Source: a virus
Taxonomy: Duplodnaviria; Caudoviricetes
Reading direction: 5' to 3' (one strand)
Length of the DNA stretch: 64,000 nucleotides
Virus record (IMG/VR): IMGVR_UViG_3300021963_000124
Coordinates: 975 to 64,974 of that record
Both the position numbers and the translations under genes were made by a program. Within the stretch, counting starts at the first letter, position 1. Each line of letters starts with the position of its first letter. The notes beneath the pieces were generated by a model. That model saw nothing but the letters and a program-made list of their open reading frames with translations, was not told the DNA's origin and made no database searches. This document shows positions 19,386-29,954 of this stretch, piece after piece.

Positions 19386-20975
19386 TTACAATAACCACGT
19401 AAGATTTTCTGATTTATCGTTGAATTGTCCCGTTTTCATAATCCATGCATCATGTGCGGAAATTGATTTTGGAGTATAAACTTTATCATTTGCAACTCTA
19501 GAAATACCTCCTAACATTGATTTATTCAAATCCATAGTTTGTTGTCTGAGTCTCAATGCGGTATCTCTCACCCACAATCCAATACAAAAAGACATAACTA
19601 AATCGTCATTATATCCTTTCATTGCAACCGCTTTATTACCGTCCCAAATAAATACTGATAGTTCATCTAATAGTCTTTTTGAATAAATAACCAACGATTG
19701 TTCTCTGAAATATGTATCCAATTTAGATATTAATAACGGTCTTGTTTTCTGACTATTTGTGAAGCCAGGAACCATTCTTTTATCTTCACGATTGTATTTG
19801 TTTGTCAATTGACGTTCAACATCAACGTATTGTAAATCTGCACTACTATAAAATGTATTGGGATATTGTCTATCAATTATCTGTTGTAATACTGCCCATC
19901 CAATATTATTGTTTTCTACTATCAATAAAGCATTGTTATATTCAGTCGCAACACTGACTAACATATTACCATAATCTTTAGTGTTTATTTGACCTCTATA
20001 CTCGGCCACTTGTGTCAATGATTCTACATCAATTACATGAAATGCACTATAATCGGTGCTATCACCTCTTGCAACGTCTGCTGCCACAATATAATTTCTA
20101 CTATAATCTGGGTATTCCCATATCCAATAACCATGGTCTACTCCACGCATTTCAACTGGGTCTTTTGCTTTGGTTTGTTTATAAAATTCAACTAAATGTG
20201 ACTCAATTACAGTATTTCCTGATGACAAAAATTCAGTGTCACATTCTTGTGCTGCTCTTTTTGGACCTAATTCATCAGTTTGTCTGTTTCTCCAAGACTG
20301 GTCTCTTTCTGGATGTCTATCCCACTTTAAACGTATTGTTTTGAACGTATTTTTCTTGGCTTCTGCGTCAACCCACATTTGATGGAAGAAATTACCAACA
20401 CCATTTGGTGTAGAAAGAAGAATTGCACGACCACCGGTTGCCATTGTCTGTTGAGCAGATGTCCAAACTTCTTCTGCGTTATCAATAAACGCACATTCAT
20501 CCATTACAAGTAAATATGAACTGAAACCACGAGCACTATCAGCGGCAGAAGAAGCTGCCAAAACTCTAGATTCGTTTTTAAATTTAAGAGAAAGTCTATT
20601 ATCTTCTACTGTTGGGACTTTTAACCAACTTGGCAAACTATTATTTGCTAATCTAATTTTTGATACGATTTCTTTTGATGTATTTTGAACTGTAGATAAT
20701 ATTAAAACGTTTTTGCCTGGATTAAATATCATAGTCCACAATGCATATGCGGAAACCAATGTAGATATACCCATCTGGCGTGATTTTAAAACTATATTTC
20801 TGTCATTATCAATGAAATCTTGAAGAGTTTCTTCTTGAAATTCATATAATTCAAATGGAATGATGCCTCTTGTTTGATGTTGAATTTTTACGTATTTCTT
20901 CATGAAATACATGGGATCAACCAAACACTTTTTATACTCTTCTTTGATTATTTCTTTAAGTGTTTTTTCACTCAT
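19386..20975 (-). CDS. terL: Terminase large subunit, T4 gp17-like
   Basis: KSRQMGIST Walker A, LLVMDECAF Walker B, STPNG, nuclease ADVARG..DYS and NDDLVM. Confidence 0.95.
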   Translation of the reverse strand: MSEKTLKEIIKEEYKKCLVDPMYFMKKYVKIQHQTRGIIPFELYEFQEETLQDFIDNDRNIVLKSRQMGISTLVSAYALWTMIFNPGKNVLILSTVQNTSKEIVSKIRLANNSLPSWLKVPTVEDNRLSLKFKNESRVLAASSAADSARGFSSYLLVMDECAFIDNAEEVWTSAQQTMATGGRAILLSTPNGVGNFFHQMWVDAEAKKNTFKTIRLKWDRHPERDQSWRNRQTDELGPKRAAQECDTEFLSSGNTVIESHLVEFYKQTKAKDPVEMRGVDHGYWIWEYPDYSRNYIVAADVARGDSTDYSAFHVIDVESLTQVAEYRGQINTKDYGNMLVSVATEYNNALLIVENNNIGWAVLQQIIDRQYPNTFYSSADLQYVDVERQLTNKYNREDKRMVPGFTNSQKTRPLLISKLDTYFREQSLVIYSKRLLDELSVFIWDGNKAVAMKGYNDDLVMSFCIGLWVRDTALRLRQQTMDLNKSMLGGISRVANDKVYTPKSISAHDAWIMKTGQFNDKSENLTWLL

Positions 20976-21652
20976 ACATCAAATTTACGATCTTCTCTAT
21001 TTTTTATAAATTCCAACGTCATTTCTCTTGCCTTTTTTTCTATAGAAGAATCATATTCTATTTTTTTAAGTTCGTCCTCACATTCTAATATTTCTTTTTC
21101 TACATTAATGATGTCTTTTTTTAAGTCTTCTAATACTTTTAATCGTGTATCGGTATCATCTGTCCAAGTTTCATATGAACCATCTTCATTAAAATATTTT
21201 AATTTTGAATCATAATTTTCAAGATACTCAATACTTTCTAAAATTTTTGTTTTAAAATCTTTTAATTGAGAATGTCTTGTAGAAAACACGACATATTTTG
21301 CATATTCATTAAATTTCCCCAGTATTTTTAATCTACTATCAAATACTATACTACAGTCATAACATTTTCCACATCTACTATAAACCCTTTGATCTAAATA
21401 ATTTCCAAATTTAACATCGCCATTACAAATAGAACATTTCTGTTCATTTTTAATTTGTGTAACTTTTGATACTCTTTTTTTGACTCCGTTTTGTTTTTTC
21501 CATTTATTTCCCTGACTATCTTCCCATTCTTCACCTTCTTTTCTGTTTAATAATTCCGTATTTGAATCGTAACCTACTTGAATAAATGGTCTACTTCCAT
21601 CTAAATAATCTTTTATGATGGATAAATTGCTTTTATCAGATGCTCTTTTCAT
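20972..21652 (-). CDS. Zn-finger/coiled-coil protein coupled to terL
   Basis: CSIC...CGKCYDC motif and ATGA overlap with terL. Confidence 0.55.
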   Translation of the reverse strand: MKRASDKSNLSIIKDYLDGSRPFIQVGYDSNTELLNRKEGEEWEDSQGNKWKKQNGVKKRVSKVTQIKNEQKCSICNGDVKFGNYLDQRVYSRCGKCYDCSIVFDSRLKILGKFNEYAKYVVFSTRHSQLKDFKTKILESIEYLENYDSKLKYFNEDGSYETWTDDTDTRLKVLEDLKKDIINVEKEILECEDELKKIEYDSSIEKKAREMTLEFIKNREDRKFDV

Positions 21653-21686
21653 ATAACATTAACTATTTTTAATAGCATTAAATAAT

Positions 21687-22442
21687 TTATTTTAAAAATG
21701 TATTATCAAAAACTTTAATTGACTTTTTATATGAACTTAAAGTTTCATCATTTGAATTGTCTGTAAATTGCCAATTCCAAAATAATTCGTTCGGAGTATT
21801 AAATCCAAAAAACTGAAGCACTTCTTTTTGTGTTTGTGTAACATCTTTACCGTTCCAATTTTGTCCCGTCGCAATAAATCCAGAATCAATATCTTTTATA
21901 ATATTACTTTCTCCTAAACTTGAATGTCTATTTTCAATCCAAGTTAGTCTTTCTATTAATTTTTGATAATATCCATTGGCTTGACCCCATCTTATACTTG
22001 CAAAAAACACCACACAATCACTTTCAAATAAATCTTTACTTACTTTCCACAATTCGTCATTCTTATTATTAATACTAGCCCAACAACGATGGTATCCACT
22101 TGGATTTTTTTCTTTATCCTTCAACACAGAATCTTTTGTTCCACAGTGATTTCCCCACTTAGAAGATACATTACCTTCACATGGAAAAATATTTAACTTT
22201 GTAGTATCAATAATTGTTACTTTTTCTTTTCCTAACATTTCTTGAATCTTAAACGCTAATTGTGTGCTTTTGGCACTATCATCTTTGTGACCACTCCATC
22301 TATTGCTAGTAGTCAATAACAATACTTTATTTTTACCACGAAGATAATCTATAGTTTTTTTATACTTACGAGCATACATATCCATCTCAGATTCACTGGA
22401 TGGAATTTTAGCTTCATTTAATAAATCAATTAGACTAATCAT
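21687..22442 (-). CDS. Flavodoxin-fold protein (NADPH-dependent FMN reductase/iron-sulfur flavoprotein-like)
   Basis: VLLLTTSNR..S.ST.LA, IFPCEG, SDCVVFFASIRWG....QKLIERL. Confidence 0.7.
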   Translation of the reverse strand: MISLIDLLNEAKIPSSESEMDMYARKYKKTIDYLRGKNKVLLLTTSNRWSGHKDDSAKSTQLAFKIQEMLGKEKVTIIDTTKLNIFPCEGNVSSKWGNHCGTKDSVLKDKEKNPSGYHRCWASINNKNDELWKVSKDLFESDCVVFFASIRWGQANGYYQKLIERLTWIENRHSSLGESNIIKDIDSGFIATGQNWNGKDVTQTQKEVLQFFGFNTPNELFWNWQFTDNSNDETLSSYKKSIKVFDNTFLK

Positions 22443-22446
22443 CTTA

Positions 22447-22454
22447 TATAAATA
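22447..22454 (-). promoter_or_regulatory. TATTTATA putative late promoter motif
   Basis: 4 nt upstream of ATG 22442, right after the sheath terminator. Confidence 0.6.
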
Positions 22455-22465
22455 TGTTTAATAAT

Positions 22466-22493
22466 AAAAAACCCCACATTTTACTGTGGGGTT
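22466..22493 (-). terminator. Intrinsic terminator after the tail sheath gene
   Basis: AACCCCACA-N6-TGTGGGGTT followed by a T run on the minus strand. Confidence 0.85.
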
Positions 22494-22514
22494 CTGTTTT
22501 TATTTTAATTCTTA

Positions 22515-25500
22515 TTAAGCTCCTGGGAATTGAGCACCAGTTGGCAACACATTGAAATCAAGAACAATGAATTCTGCTGTTCTGGTTGGTTGGATATAGA
22601 TTTGTCCATAGAGGATGTTTCTATCAATAATGTCTGGGGTATTATTGGTTTCATCCATCTTAACTTGGAAGGCATACAATCCACTACGTTGTTGAACAGA
22701 TTCTAAGTATGGGTTGACAATACTCAAGAAACGGTTTCTTGTAGCAGCAATGTTTTGTTCGAATACCAAATATCTACTTGTGCTTGCGATGAATTTCTTC
22801 AAGGCAATCAACAATCTACGAACATTGACTCTATCAAGAGCACTTGACTTTTGTTGAAGTGTCTTTTGACCCCATACACAGATACCTTGACCAGGAAATG
22901 CTGCGATTGGATTTACACGACCTTCATAGAGTGTATCACGTTCACCGTGTGTAGTTCTATCAAGAACTTGAACTGCTTGTGGGATACCACCACGATTCAA
23001 ACCGGCAGGAGCAAACCATTCAGCAGCAACATTGTCATTAGCAGCATATACTGAAGGTAATACAACTGAAGGAGGAACACTTATAATCTTATTAGTGTTT
23101 GTATCCAAAATACGAACCCAAGGATAATAGGTTGCCACATAGTTACTATCGATTGTAGATATATCACTTACAGCAGCATCAATCAATCCAACAGATTGTC
23201 CACTATTTGGGAACACTACGTTATCCATTATGTAGAAACAATCTCCACGGGATTCACACATATCGATTGTCAAATCGGCAACATAACTATGTTGTTGATG
23301 TAAAATGCCAGGTGTCACAATCAAATTGATATCGAATTCATCAGCATTTCCGAGAGCCCCAATTGATTGTTTATAAGCAACTGAACCTGCACTTGAAATG
23401 TTTGTACAATCCAATCCTTGTGTATTGCCTGCTACGATATCACCTCCCAAGTTTATCTTAACGGCTGGTGATTGACCGTCAAATCCACCTTGGAATCCGA
23501 ATATAAACTTACGCATCTTGGCATATGATGTTTCGTTCACATCATCAGGATTTGTAGAAGGTATACTTCCACTCAAACTTGCGGCCAAGAATGATCCTGT
23601 ATTTGAACCTACAATTACATTATCCAAAGCAAATCCGACATTTACGCCTGATGATGGATTACTTGGAATTGGAGCAAAATATTGAGCATTATCATTATAT
23701 ACTGGAACACCAGTTGATACTGTTGGATATAATCCTACAAGTTCAGTATCAGTTGAAGGAACATCATTAAATACTACACCTGAAGCGTATCTTCCCAAAG
23801 CTTGTCCATACAACGAAGCATTACTATATTTCATTGTTGGGGCAACTTTAGCAATATCACCTGAGAGAGGAGTATAATATGCTTGGAATCCGTATGGAAC
23901 AGATGCCACAGGATATTCATTTGTGGACATTTCGATTCTAATATATTTACTTACATTAGAATAAATTCCATATTCAACAATCTTGCCAGAATAAGTTATA
24001 AAATTATATCTATCACCGATTCTGCGAGCAATAAAGTTTGCACTATCTGGATCTAAACTTAAATTGGTGAATGTTTCAAGATACTTAGGACGTTTGTCTG
24101 TATCATTATAATCACGAACAGAAAGTGTGAAAGATCCCCAATCACTTCCTGGCACTGAACCTGCCAATTTAACGTCGCTGATTTCAATCTTATACAATTT
24201 ATTAGCATTTGTTCCATCAGTTAATGTATGGATTTTAAATAAATCGTGTCTTGTTGTTGTGCCATCAACAGCTGCAATCTTTTGAGAAACAACATATGGT
24301 GTATAAGCATTAGTCAAACTGAATTGACTATCACCATCAGCAGGATTAAACGAATTTGCATCAGTGAAATTTAATGGATTTCCACCACCAAACGTATTGG
24401 AATTTGGAAGAACTGCAATTTTAATTCCATATTTTGTTGGATTTGCAGCAACTTTTGCCATCGAATCTTCAAATGCTTTATAAAGATATGCATTTACAGT
24501 GGAATCAGTGGTTTTTGCTGATTTTTGGAATACATTTGTAATATATTTTTGGTTTGCCTTATCCAATGAGAATTCATAGATACCGTATCTACCAGCAGAA
24601 CTACCGCTCAAATTTAAATAATAATTTGATTGTATGCTTGAACTGTTAGAACTCAAAATCGAAGTCAAACTTAAACTTGAACCACTAAATCCAGGAGATT
24701 GTAAATCGGTTCCTGGTGAATGATTTGTTGTATCAGCCAAAACTGCCAACAAAATTTGATTTGCATTTGATTGTGAAGTCCAATTTCCACAACTATCTAC
24801 ACTTGATGATCCAGCAGAAGTAAATGCACCGGTGAATTTACCAAATGATCCTGATACTAAACCTTCCAATCTAAATACTGGATCTACGCAGTTATCTTTA
24901 TATGAAATAAATTTTGCAGATTTTAATGTTACACTAGTAAATGGTTCATCGGTTCCATATACAATTTTTTCAGTCAAAGATCCTGTGACTGAAAAGTTTT
25001 GTAAACCGTAATTCAATAATTCGGCTGCAGTCATTGATGATGCTGTAGGAAGTGTGGTTGATCCTGCCCAACTCATTGTAATGCTTGTATAACCATATCC
25101 AAAAGATGGAATATTTATAGATGATCCTGCAAAAAGTTGACTGCCACTTGGAGATGTCGCTGATGTAGCAGTTCCTGAACCAGCTGCAAATGTAAATATA
25201 AATGAAGAAGTAGGAATGTTCGCAGTGAATGTTACACTATCTATATAAGTTGCGCCAGTAGCAGTTGCTGTCAACGAAGAGAATCCAGCAAAAAATGAAC
25301 CACTTGATAATGATCCTGATGGAATAAAGAAAGAAGACCCGGTAACTAACGCACCAGCGTCAATATTTCTAGTATAACTTCCTGATTCTGCATAAATTGC
25401 AATTGGATATCTTTGATCGTAACCAGTTAAACCGCCAACGCGGCAAACAGTTACGAATCCTTTTTCGTTAAGATATTCTTTGGCGGTGTATGGTCCATAA

Positions 25501-25718
25501 TAAGTTCCATCAGCAATACCAAACTTTTCTTCTAAATCAGCAGTGTTGGTAACCAAAGTTGGGCTAAATCCTGGACCTTTTGCGAACGGTGCAACGACTA
25601 CGGCTCCAATATCAGCTACACCTTGAACAATGCCTGATAAATCATTTTCTCTTGTAAAGACTCCTGGGCTAACAATAGTGTTAACAGGACTAAATCTTCC
25701 ACCTTCTTGTATTGGCAT
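22515..25718 (-). CDS. Tail sheath protein, T4 gp18-like
   Basis: SPGVFTREND, YYPWV, WFAPAGLNRG, LYEGRVNPI, WGQKTL, DRVNVRRL, FEQN, PTRTAEFI. Confidence 0.96.
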   Translation of the reverse strand: MPIQEGGRFSPVNTIVSPGVFTRENDLSGIVQGVADIGAVVVAPFAKGPGFSPTLVTNTADLEEKFGIADGTYYGPYTAKEYLNEKGFVTVCRVGGLTGYDQRYPIAIYAESGSYTRNIDAGALVTGSSFFIPSGSLSSGSFFAGFSSLTATATGATYIDSVTFTANIPTSSFIFTFAAGSGTATSATSPSGSQLFAGSSINIPSFGYGYTSITMSWAGSTTLPTASSMTAAELLNYGLQNFSVTGSLTEKIVYGTDEPFTSVTLKSAKFISYKDNCVDPVFRLEGLVSGSFGKFTGAFTSAGSSSVDSCGNWTSQSNANQILLAVLADTTNHSPGTDLQSPGFSGSSLSLTSILSSNSSSIQSNYYLNLSGSSAGRYGIYEFSLDKANQKYITNVFQKSAKTTDSTVNAYLYKAFEDSMAKVAANPTKYGIKIAVLPNSNTFGGGNPLNFTDANSFNPADGDSQFSLTNAYTPYVVSQKIAAVDGTTTRHDLFKIHTLTDGTNANKLYKIEISDVKLAGSVPGSDWGSFTLSVRDYNDTDKRPKYLETFTNLSLDPDSANFIARRIGDRYNFITYSGKIVEYGIYSNVSKYIRIEMSTNEYPVASVPYGFQAYYTPLSGDIAKVAPTMKYSNASLYGQALGRYASGVVFNDVPSTDTELVGLYPTVSTGVPVYNDNAQYFAPIPSNPSSGVNVGFALDNVIVGSNTGSFLAASLSGSIPSTNPDDVNETSYAKMRKFIFGFQGGFDGQSPAVKINLGGDIVAGNTQGLDCTNISSAGSVAYKQSIGALGNADEFDINLIVTPGILHQQHSYVADLTIDMCESRGDCFYIMDNVVFPNSGQSVGLIDAAVSDISTIDSNYVATYYPWVRILDTNTNKIISVPPSVVLPSVYAANDNVAAEWFAPAGLNRGGIPQAVQVLDRTTHGERDTLYEGRVNPIAAFPGQGICVWGQKTLQQKSSALDRVNVRRLLIALKKFIASTSRYLVFEQNIAATRNRFLSIVNPYLESVQQRSGLYAFQVKMDETNNTPDIIDRNILYGQIYIQPTRTAEFIVLDFNVLPTGAQFPGA

Positions 25719-25757
25719 ATAATATATTTCCTTTCAAATTTTATAAAAAATCTTAAA

Positions 25758-25789
25758 TATAAATATTCCCAAAAATTTGAAGATGTCAA
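25758..25789 (-). promoter_or_regulatory. Promoter of the sheath gene (TTGACA-N18-TATTTATA)
   Basis: Motif at 25758-25765 with TTGACA upstream and an SD-like GAAAGGAAA before ATG 25718. Confidence 0.6.
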
Positions 25790-25804
25790 TATTTATAACT
25801 TTTT

Positions 25805-28800
25805 TTAAATAAAGGAAACCTTACTAAACCCATTTTCTTTACGAATTTCTATTCTACTATCAACCATATCTTTCATGCTATCCAAATGACTTACAATCCA
25901 TACAAAGTCAAAGTTTGTCTTCAAAAAGGCAAACAAAGTGCTCATAGATGATAAATTATCGGCATCAGCGCAGCCAAATCCTTCATCTATAGCGATAAAG
26001 TTAGGTCTAGGCAGATTGCTAATATTGATTAATGCGACTCTTATAGCCAACGAACTTACAAATTTTTCTAAACCACTTGATAATTCCAATGGCCATTTTT
26101 TGTCTTCATAGTTAATAAAAGTGCTTACATTTTTACCATCTGTTTGTAAAGATATATTAAATTCTACTATTTGATTCAAGATATTATTAACTTCTTTTTC
26201 AATAGTAGGTAGTGCTTGACTAATCAATTCGTATGGAATACCGTCTCTACCTATAGCTGAGTTATACAATTCGTATGCTTCAGAGACGGTTTCCAACGAT
26301 TTTGTTTCTTCAATAGTCTTTTCAATCTGAGACTTTTGGTCAATGGAAGAGTTAAGATTAGACTTTAAATTTATAATTTCCGTATTCTTTTGTTTAATTT
26401 TACTGTCAATCAATTTAATACTTGATTTTATAGTTTCAATAGTTGATTTAACAATATTATTACTTTCGATATTATCTTTTTGTTTATTAAATCTATCAAT
26501 CTTTTCCACGATTGTATTTAATTTAGTTTCTTCTTGTGAAATTTTATTTTCAGTCGAAACAATTGAATTATTAAACTTGTTTAACTTATTTTCGATATTA
26601 GTTTTATTAATTTTAATATCTGTATACTTTTTATATTCGACTTCAATATTGCCATATCCATTAATTTTGTTTTTCAATTCATTGTATTTTTGAAAAACAA
26701 TTAACGCATTTGATTTGTCTTTTTCTAAATCTTCTTTGGTTTTTATGGCATCTTTTACAAACACATTGTTTGTGCAATATTCACAATTTGGGTCATATTT
26801 GTGTTGTTCAAGAGTCTTTAATTTTTCTAATTTGGTATTGACAATGATTTTGAAACGTTCTATTTCATTTTCTTTGGCAGTAAATTCTTTTTTAACCAAA
26901 ACATATTCATCATATTTGTCGCTGATATTATCAATCAGATATGATTTTTCTAAATCTATAGAACTAGACAATTCAGTCTCTATTTTTTTAGATTCGTCTT
27001 TGAAATAATCAAGTTCTTTTACCAATTTCTGTATAGTATTCTTACAAGAAATTTCAGCTTGAGTCAAAACCGTCAAATCTCCAATATCATTATCAACTGA
27101 GATAAGTTTTTTTGTTTCTTCGAGCAAAGAATTGTTTTTAATGTCTCTATCAGACATTAATTGTTCTAAATTTTCACTTTCATTCTTTATTAGACTTGAT
27201 GAAACTTCAATTATATTTGTCAACTCATTCAATTTCTGAGTATAATCATTTTTCTTGAAATTTCTGAGTAAAACATTAATTTCTTTGATTTTTTCTTGTG
27301 ATGTAGATGACAATTTATCAAAAATATCAAGTCCCATAAATTGTGCCAACAGTTCTTTTCTTTCTGTTTGACCCATGTCAATAAAGGAGCCGGTTTTATT
27401 ATTTTGAATACTCAAAACTGTCAAAATAAAATCATCATAGGTGCCTACATAATCTCTGATAATGTCATTTGTGCTTCTACGAGCCTCACCGTTGAGTTCA
27501 ATTACTTTACCACCCTCTTCTTTCCAGAATTTAACATCAACTTTAACATTACCTTTTTTATCGGCATTTCCTACTCTTTCGATGAAGAAGTCTACACCAT
27601 TCACTTCAAAATTAAATTTACATCTAAATGTCATTTTTTGAGTATTCAAAACATGAGATGCTTTAAATGCCCGGTCACATTTATCAAAAATACAAAATGA
27701 TAATGCGGATAAAATACTTGATTTTCCTGCTGCATTTGACGCAAATAATCCAATAACATTATGCATCTTGGTAAAATCTATAACGTTACCTTCACCATAA
27801 CTAAACATATTGTCAAATTCAAAAATCTTTGGTTTCCATCTAATATTTTTGACAATTTGTTCTTTGCCTAAAGACGCATTCAATTCTTTATTGATGGTAT
27901 AAACTTTTTCTAACACTTCTTTATCATCAATATCAAATTTATGTTTGATATAATCCGTGATAAGTTTATTTTGATAGTCTACATCAACGATGCTATTAAT
28001 ATTGAGATTAGTATTGTCAATAATATTTTTACTTTGAGTAACTAAACTATCAACCCTAACATATGAAATATCCACCACTTCAGATATTTCTCTGATTTTA
28101 GACAATACGGATTTAACTTCTGTGGCAACACTCTCACAACACTTCATTCTAAGTCTGACCTTCTTAGGAATGTCAGAAATATCAGTTGCAAGTTTGCCTT
28201 TATTTACATCTACAGTATAAAATCCATAATCATTAGGAACTTCAAAGTGCTTGAATGCCTTTGTTTTCAAATCCCAATATACAAATCCATGTCCTTTTAG
28301 TTCTTCACCATGAGATTGTTGGATTGTAGACCCTGCATACACAATCACAGGTTTTTCTTCAATATTGTTGTATTGTTGAAGTATTTGATAACGGTGAATA
28401 TCACCAAGAAGAGCGATTTGATGACCATCAAACAATTCGTTTGTAATTGTTCTATTAGACACTTTGTAACCAACATCAGTAATTGCGTCATTTACAGCGC
28501 CATGAAACAATACAACATTATAACGTGTTTCATTTAGATAGTTTTTGGGAATATCTTTGAACTTTACATATTTTTCATGTTCATCAAATATAGAAAAATG
28601 ATTGAAAAGAATATCACCGAGTATAAAAATGCCAGATTCTTTTAGATAGAAGAGGTTTTCGTGATTTAATGCGTCTACAATTGGTGTTAGACTGTCCAAT
28701 CTATTTTTATTCGCCAAAGTTGCATCATGATTACCCGCAATCAATACAGTAGGTCTTCTATCTGCAAGATTTTGAAGAAAATCAGAAGCAGTTTTGACAC

Positions 28801-29005
28801 ATTCTGGACTCAAATCACTTTTACTATGAAACAAATCACCCAATACGGCAACCACAGTTGACTCTGGTGTTTTTTCTATTGCTTTATAGAGCTTCTGAAA
28901 TACTTCATTATATTCATCATGTCTTTTTGTAAGACGAATATGAACATCTGCGATATGAAATATGTTTGTAAACTCCTTTACACTACATGATAATTTTGTT
29001 GCCAT
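25805..29005 (-). CDS. Fused Mre11/SbcD-like nuclease and Rad50/SbcC-like ATPase (gp47-gp46 fusion)
   Basis: Phosphoesterase motifs DVH, GDLFH, GNHD, HG, LGDIH, then FDNMFSYG, NAAGKSS, coiled coil with CEYC hook, SSGLE, IDEGFG, VSH. Confidence 0.92.
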   Translation of the reverse strand: MATKLSCSVKEFTNIFHIADVHIRLTKRHDEYNEVFQKLYKAIEKTPESTVVAVLGDLFHSKSDLSPECVKTASDFLQNLADRRPTVLIAGNHDATLANKNRLDSLTPIVDALNHENLFYLKESGIFILGDILFNHFSIFDEHEKYVKFKDIPKNYLNETRYNVVLFHGAVNDAITDVGYKVSNRTITNELFDGHQIALLGDIHRYQILQQYNNIEEKPVIVYAGSTIQQSHGEELKGHGFVYWDLKTKAFKHFEVPNDYGFYTVDVNKGKLATDISDIPKKVRLRMKCCESVATEVKSVLSKIREISEVVDISYVRVDSLVTQSKNIIDNTNLNINSIVDVDYQNKLITDYIKHKFDIDDKEVLEKVYTINKELNASLGKEQIVKNIRWKPKIFEFDNMFSYGEGNVIDFTKMHNVIGLFASNAAGKSSILSALSFCIFDKCDRAFKASHVLNTQKMTFRCKFNFEVNGVDFFIERVGNADKKGNVKVDVKFWKEEGGKVIELNGEARRSTNDIIRDYVGTYDDFILTVLSIQNNKTGSFIDMGQTERKELLAQFMGLDIFDKLSSTSQEKIKEINVLLRNFKKNDYTQKLNELTNIIEVSSSLIKNESENLEQLMSDRDIKNNSLLEETKKLISVDNDIGDLTVLTQAEISCKNTIQKLVKELDYFKDESKKIETELSSSIDLEKSYLIDNISDKYDEYVLVKKEFTAKENEIERFKIIVNTKLEKLKTLEQHKYDPNCEYCTNNVFVKDAIKTKEDLEKDKSNALIVFQKYNELKNKINGYGNIEVEYKKYTDIKINKTNIENKLNKFNNSIVSTENKISQEETKLNTIVEKIDRFNKQKDNIESNNIVKSTIETIKSSIKLIDSKIKQKNTEIINLKSNLNSSIDQKSQIEKTIEETKSLETVSEAYELYNSAIGRDGIPYELISQALPTIEKEVNNILNQIVEFNISLQTDGKNVSTFINYEDKKWPLELSSGLEKFVSSLAIRVALINISNLPRPNFIAIDEGFGCADADNLSSMSTLFAFLKTNFDFVWIVSHLDSMKDMVDSRIEIRKENGFSKVSFI

Positions 29006-29006
29006 A

Positions 29007-29951
29007 TTAAACTGTAACTTTTAACTTAAATAGTTTCTCAAAGTCTATAGTATCACAACTATCTATCAAATCCCAAGTTTTTTCAAAACCCATCACACTA
29101 GGATCTTTGTCGTTCAATACTACAAGTCTTGTTTTAATGTTGTTTTTTATCAAAAATTCACAGATTTTTATAGAATCTGTAATTGCATCATTGTCTAATA
29201 ATACATTTACCATAGGAACGTCATATTCCAACAGTTTCATTTTTAATTTATTACTAAGAGTTTTGCCAAAAAGAGGAATTGTATTTGTTCTTAGACTAAT
29301 TGCATCAAATGGACCTTCTACTAAAGTAATGGGTTCTTCAAAATTAACAAGTAATTCAAAGCCAATTATATTTTTTGAAAAAGCACAACTGACATATTTC
29401 AGTCCTTTGGTATCATAAAAACTTCTAGCAGTATAAAAATTTAACATTCCACTTTCATCATATGATGGAATAATTATTCTATTCTTCAAATCTCCCTCAG
29501 TTGCATATCCTATACAATAACGCAGAATATCTTCTTTATTTATACCTCTATTTTTCAGATAAACCAATGCGTGTCTATATTCCAATTCTGAAGATGGTTC
29601 CCACATTGGTTTGAATTCTTTTGGTAATTGTAAAATTTGATGACACTGTTCTTCTGGTTCATCGAATGATATTTCGAATTCTTTATTTTGTTTAAAACTC
29701 TTGCTCTCATTTAAAAAAGTATAATATGAAGCAGGTGCTCCTAACTTTTTAAACAAAGTTTTGAAATTTAAACCACCAAATCCACATACCCAACAATGAT
29801 ACTTTCCAGTCAATATGTTTACTTCCAATTTTCTTTTATAATGTTTACATATTGGACAAAAATAAACCGCATCAGTTCCCTTTCTAATCTTGGGAGTCTG
29901 ATTTAAAAGTTTATTTAAGTTACTTATTATATTTTCTTGGTATAATAACAT
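29007..29951 (-). CDS. DnaG-type DNA primase (gp61-like)
   Basis: Zn finger CPIC...HCWVC, YLKNRGI, RIIIP, TOPRIM VEGPFDA and LDND. Confidence 0.88.
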   Translation of the reverse strand: MLLYQENIISNLNKLLNQTPKIRKGTDAVYFCPICKHYKRKLEVNILTGKYHCWVCGFGGLNFKTLFKKLGAPASYYTFLNESKSFKQNKEFEISFDEPEEQCHQILQLPKEFKPMWEPSSELEYRHALVYLKNRGINKEDILRYCIGYATEGDLKNRIIIPSYDESGMLNFYTARSFYDTKGLKYVSCAFSKNIIGFELLVNFEEPITLVEGPFDAISLRTNTIPLFGKTLSNKLKMKLLEYDVPMVNVLLDNDAITDSIKICEFLIKNNIKTRLVVLNDKDPSVMGFEKTWDLIDSCDTIDFEKLFKLKVTV

Positions 29952-29954
29952 TTA

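Noticed and set aside
19382-19398. 7-bp hairpin GTGGTTA-CAA-TAACCAC over the terL stop
   Set aside because: Short stem with a weak T tail, not enough to call a terminator.
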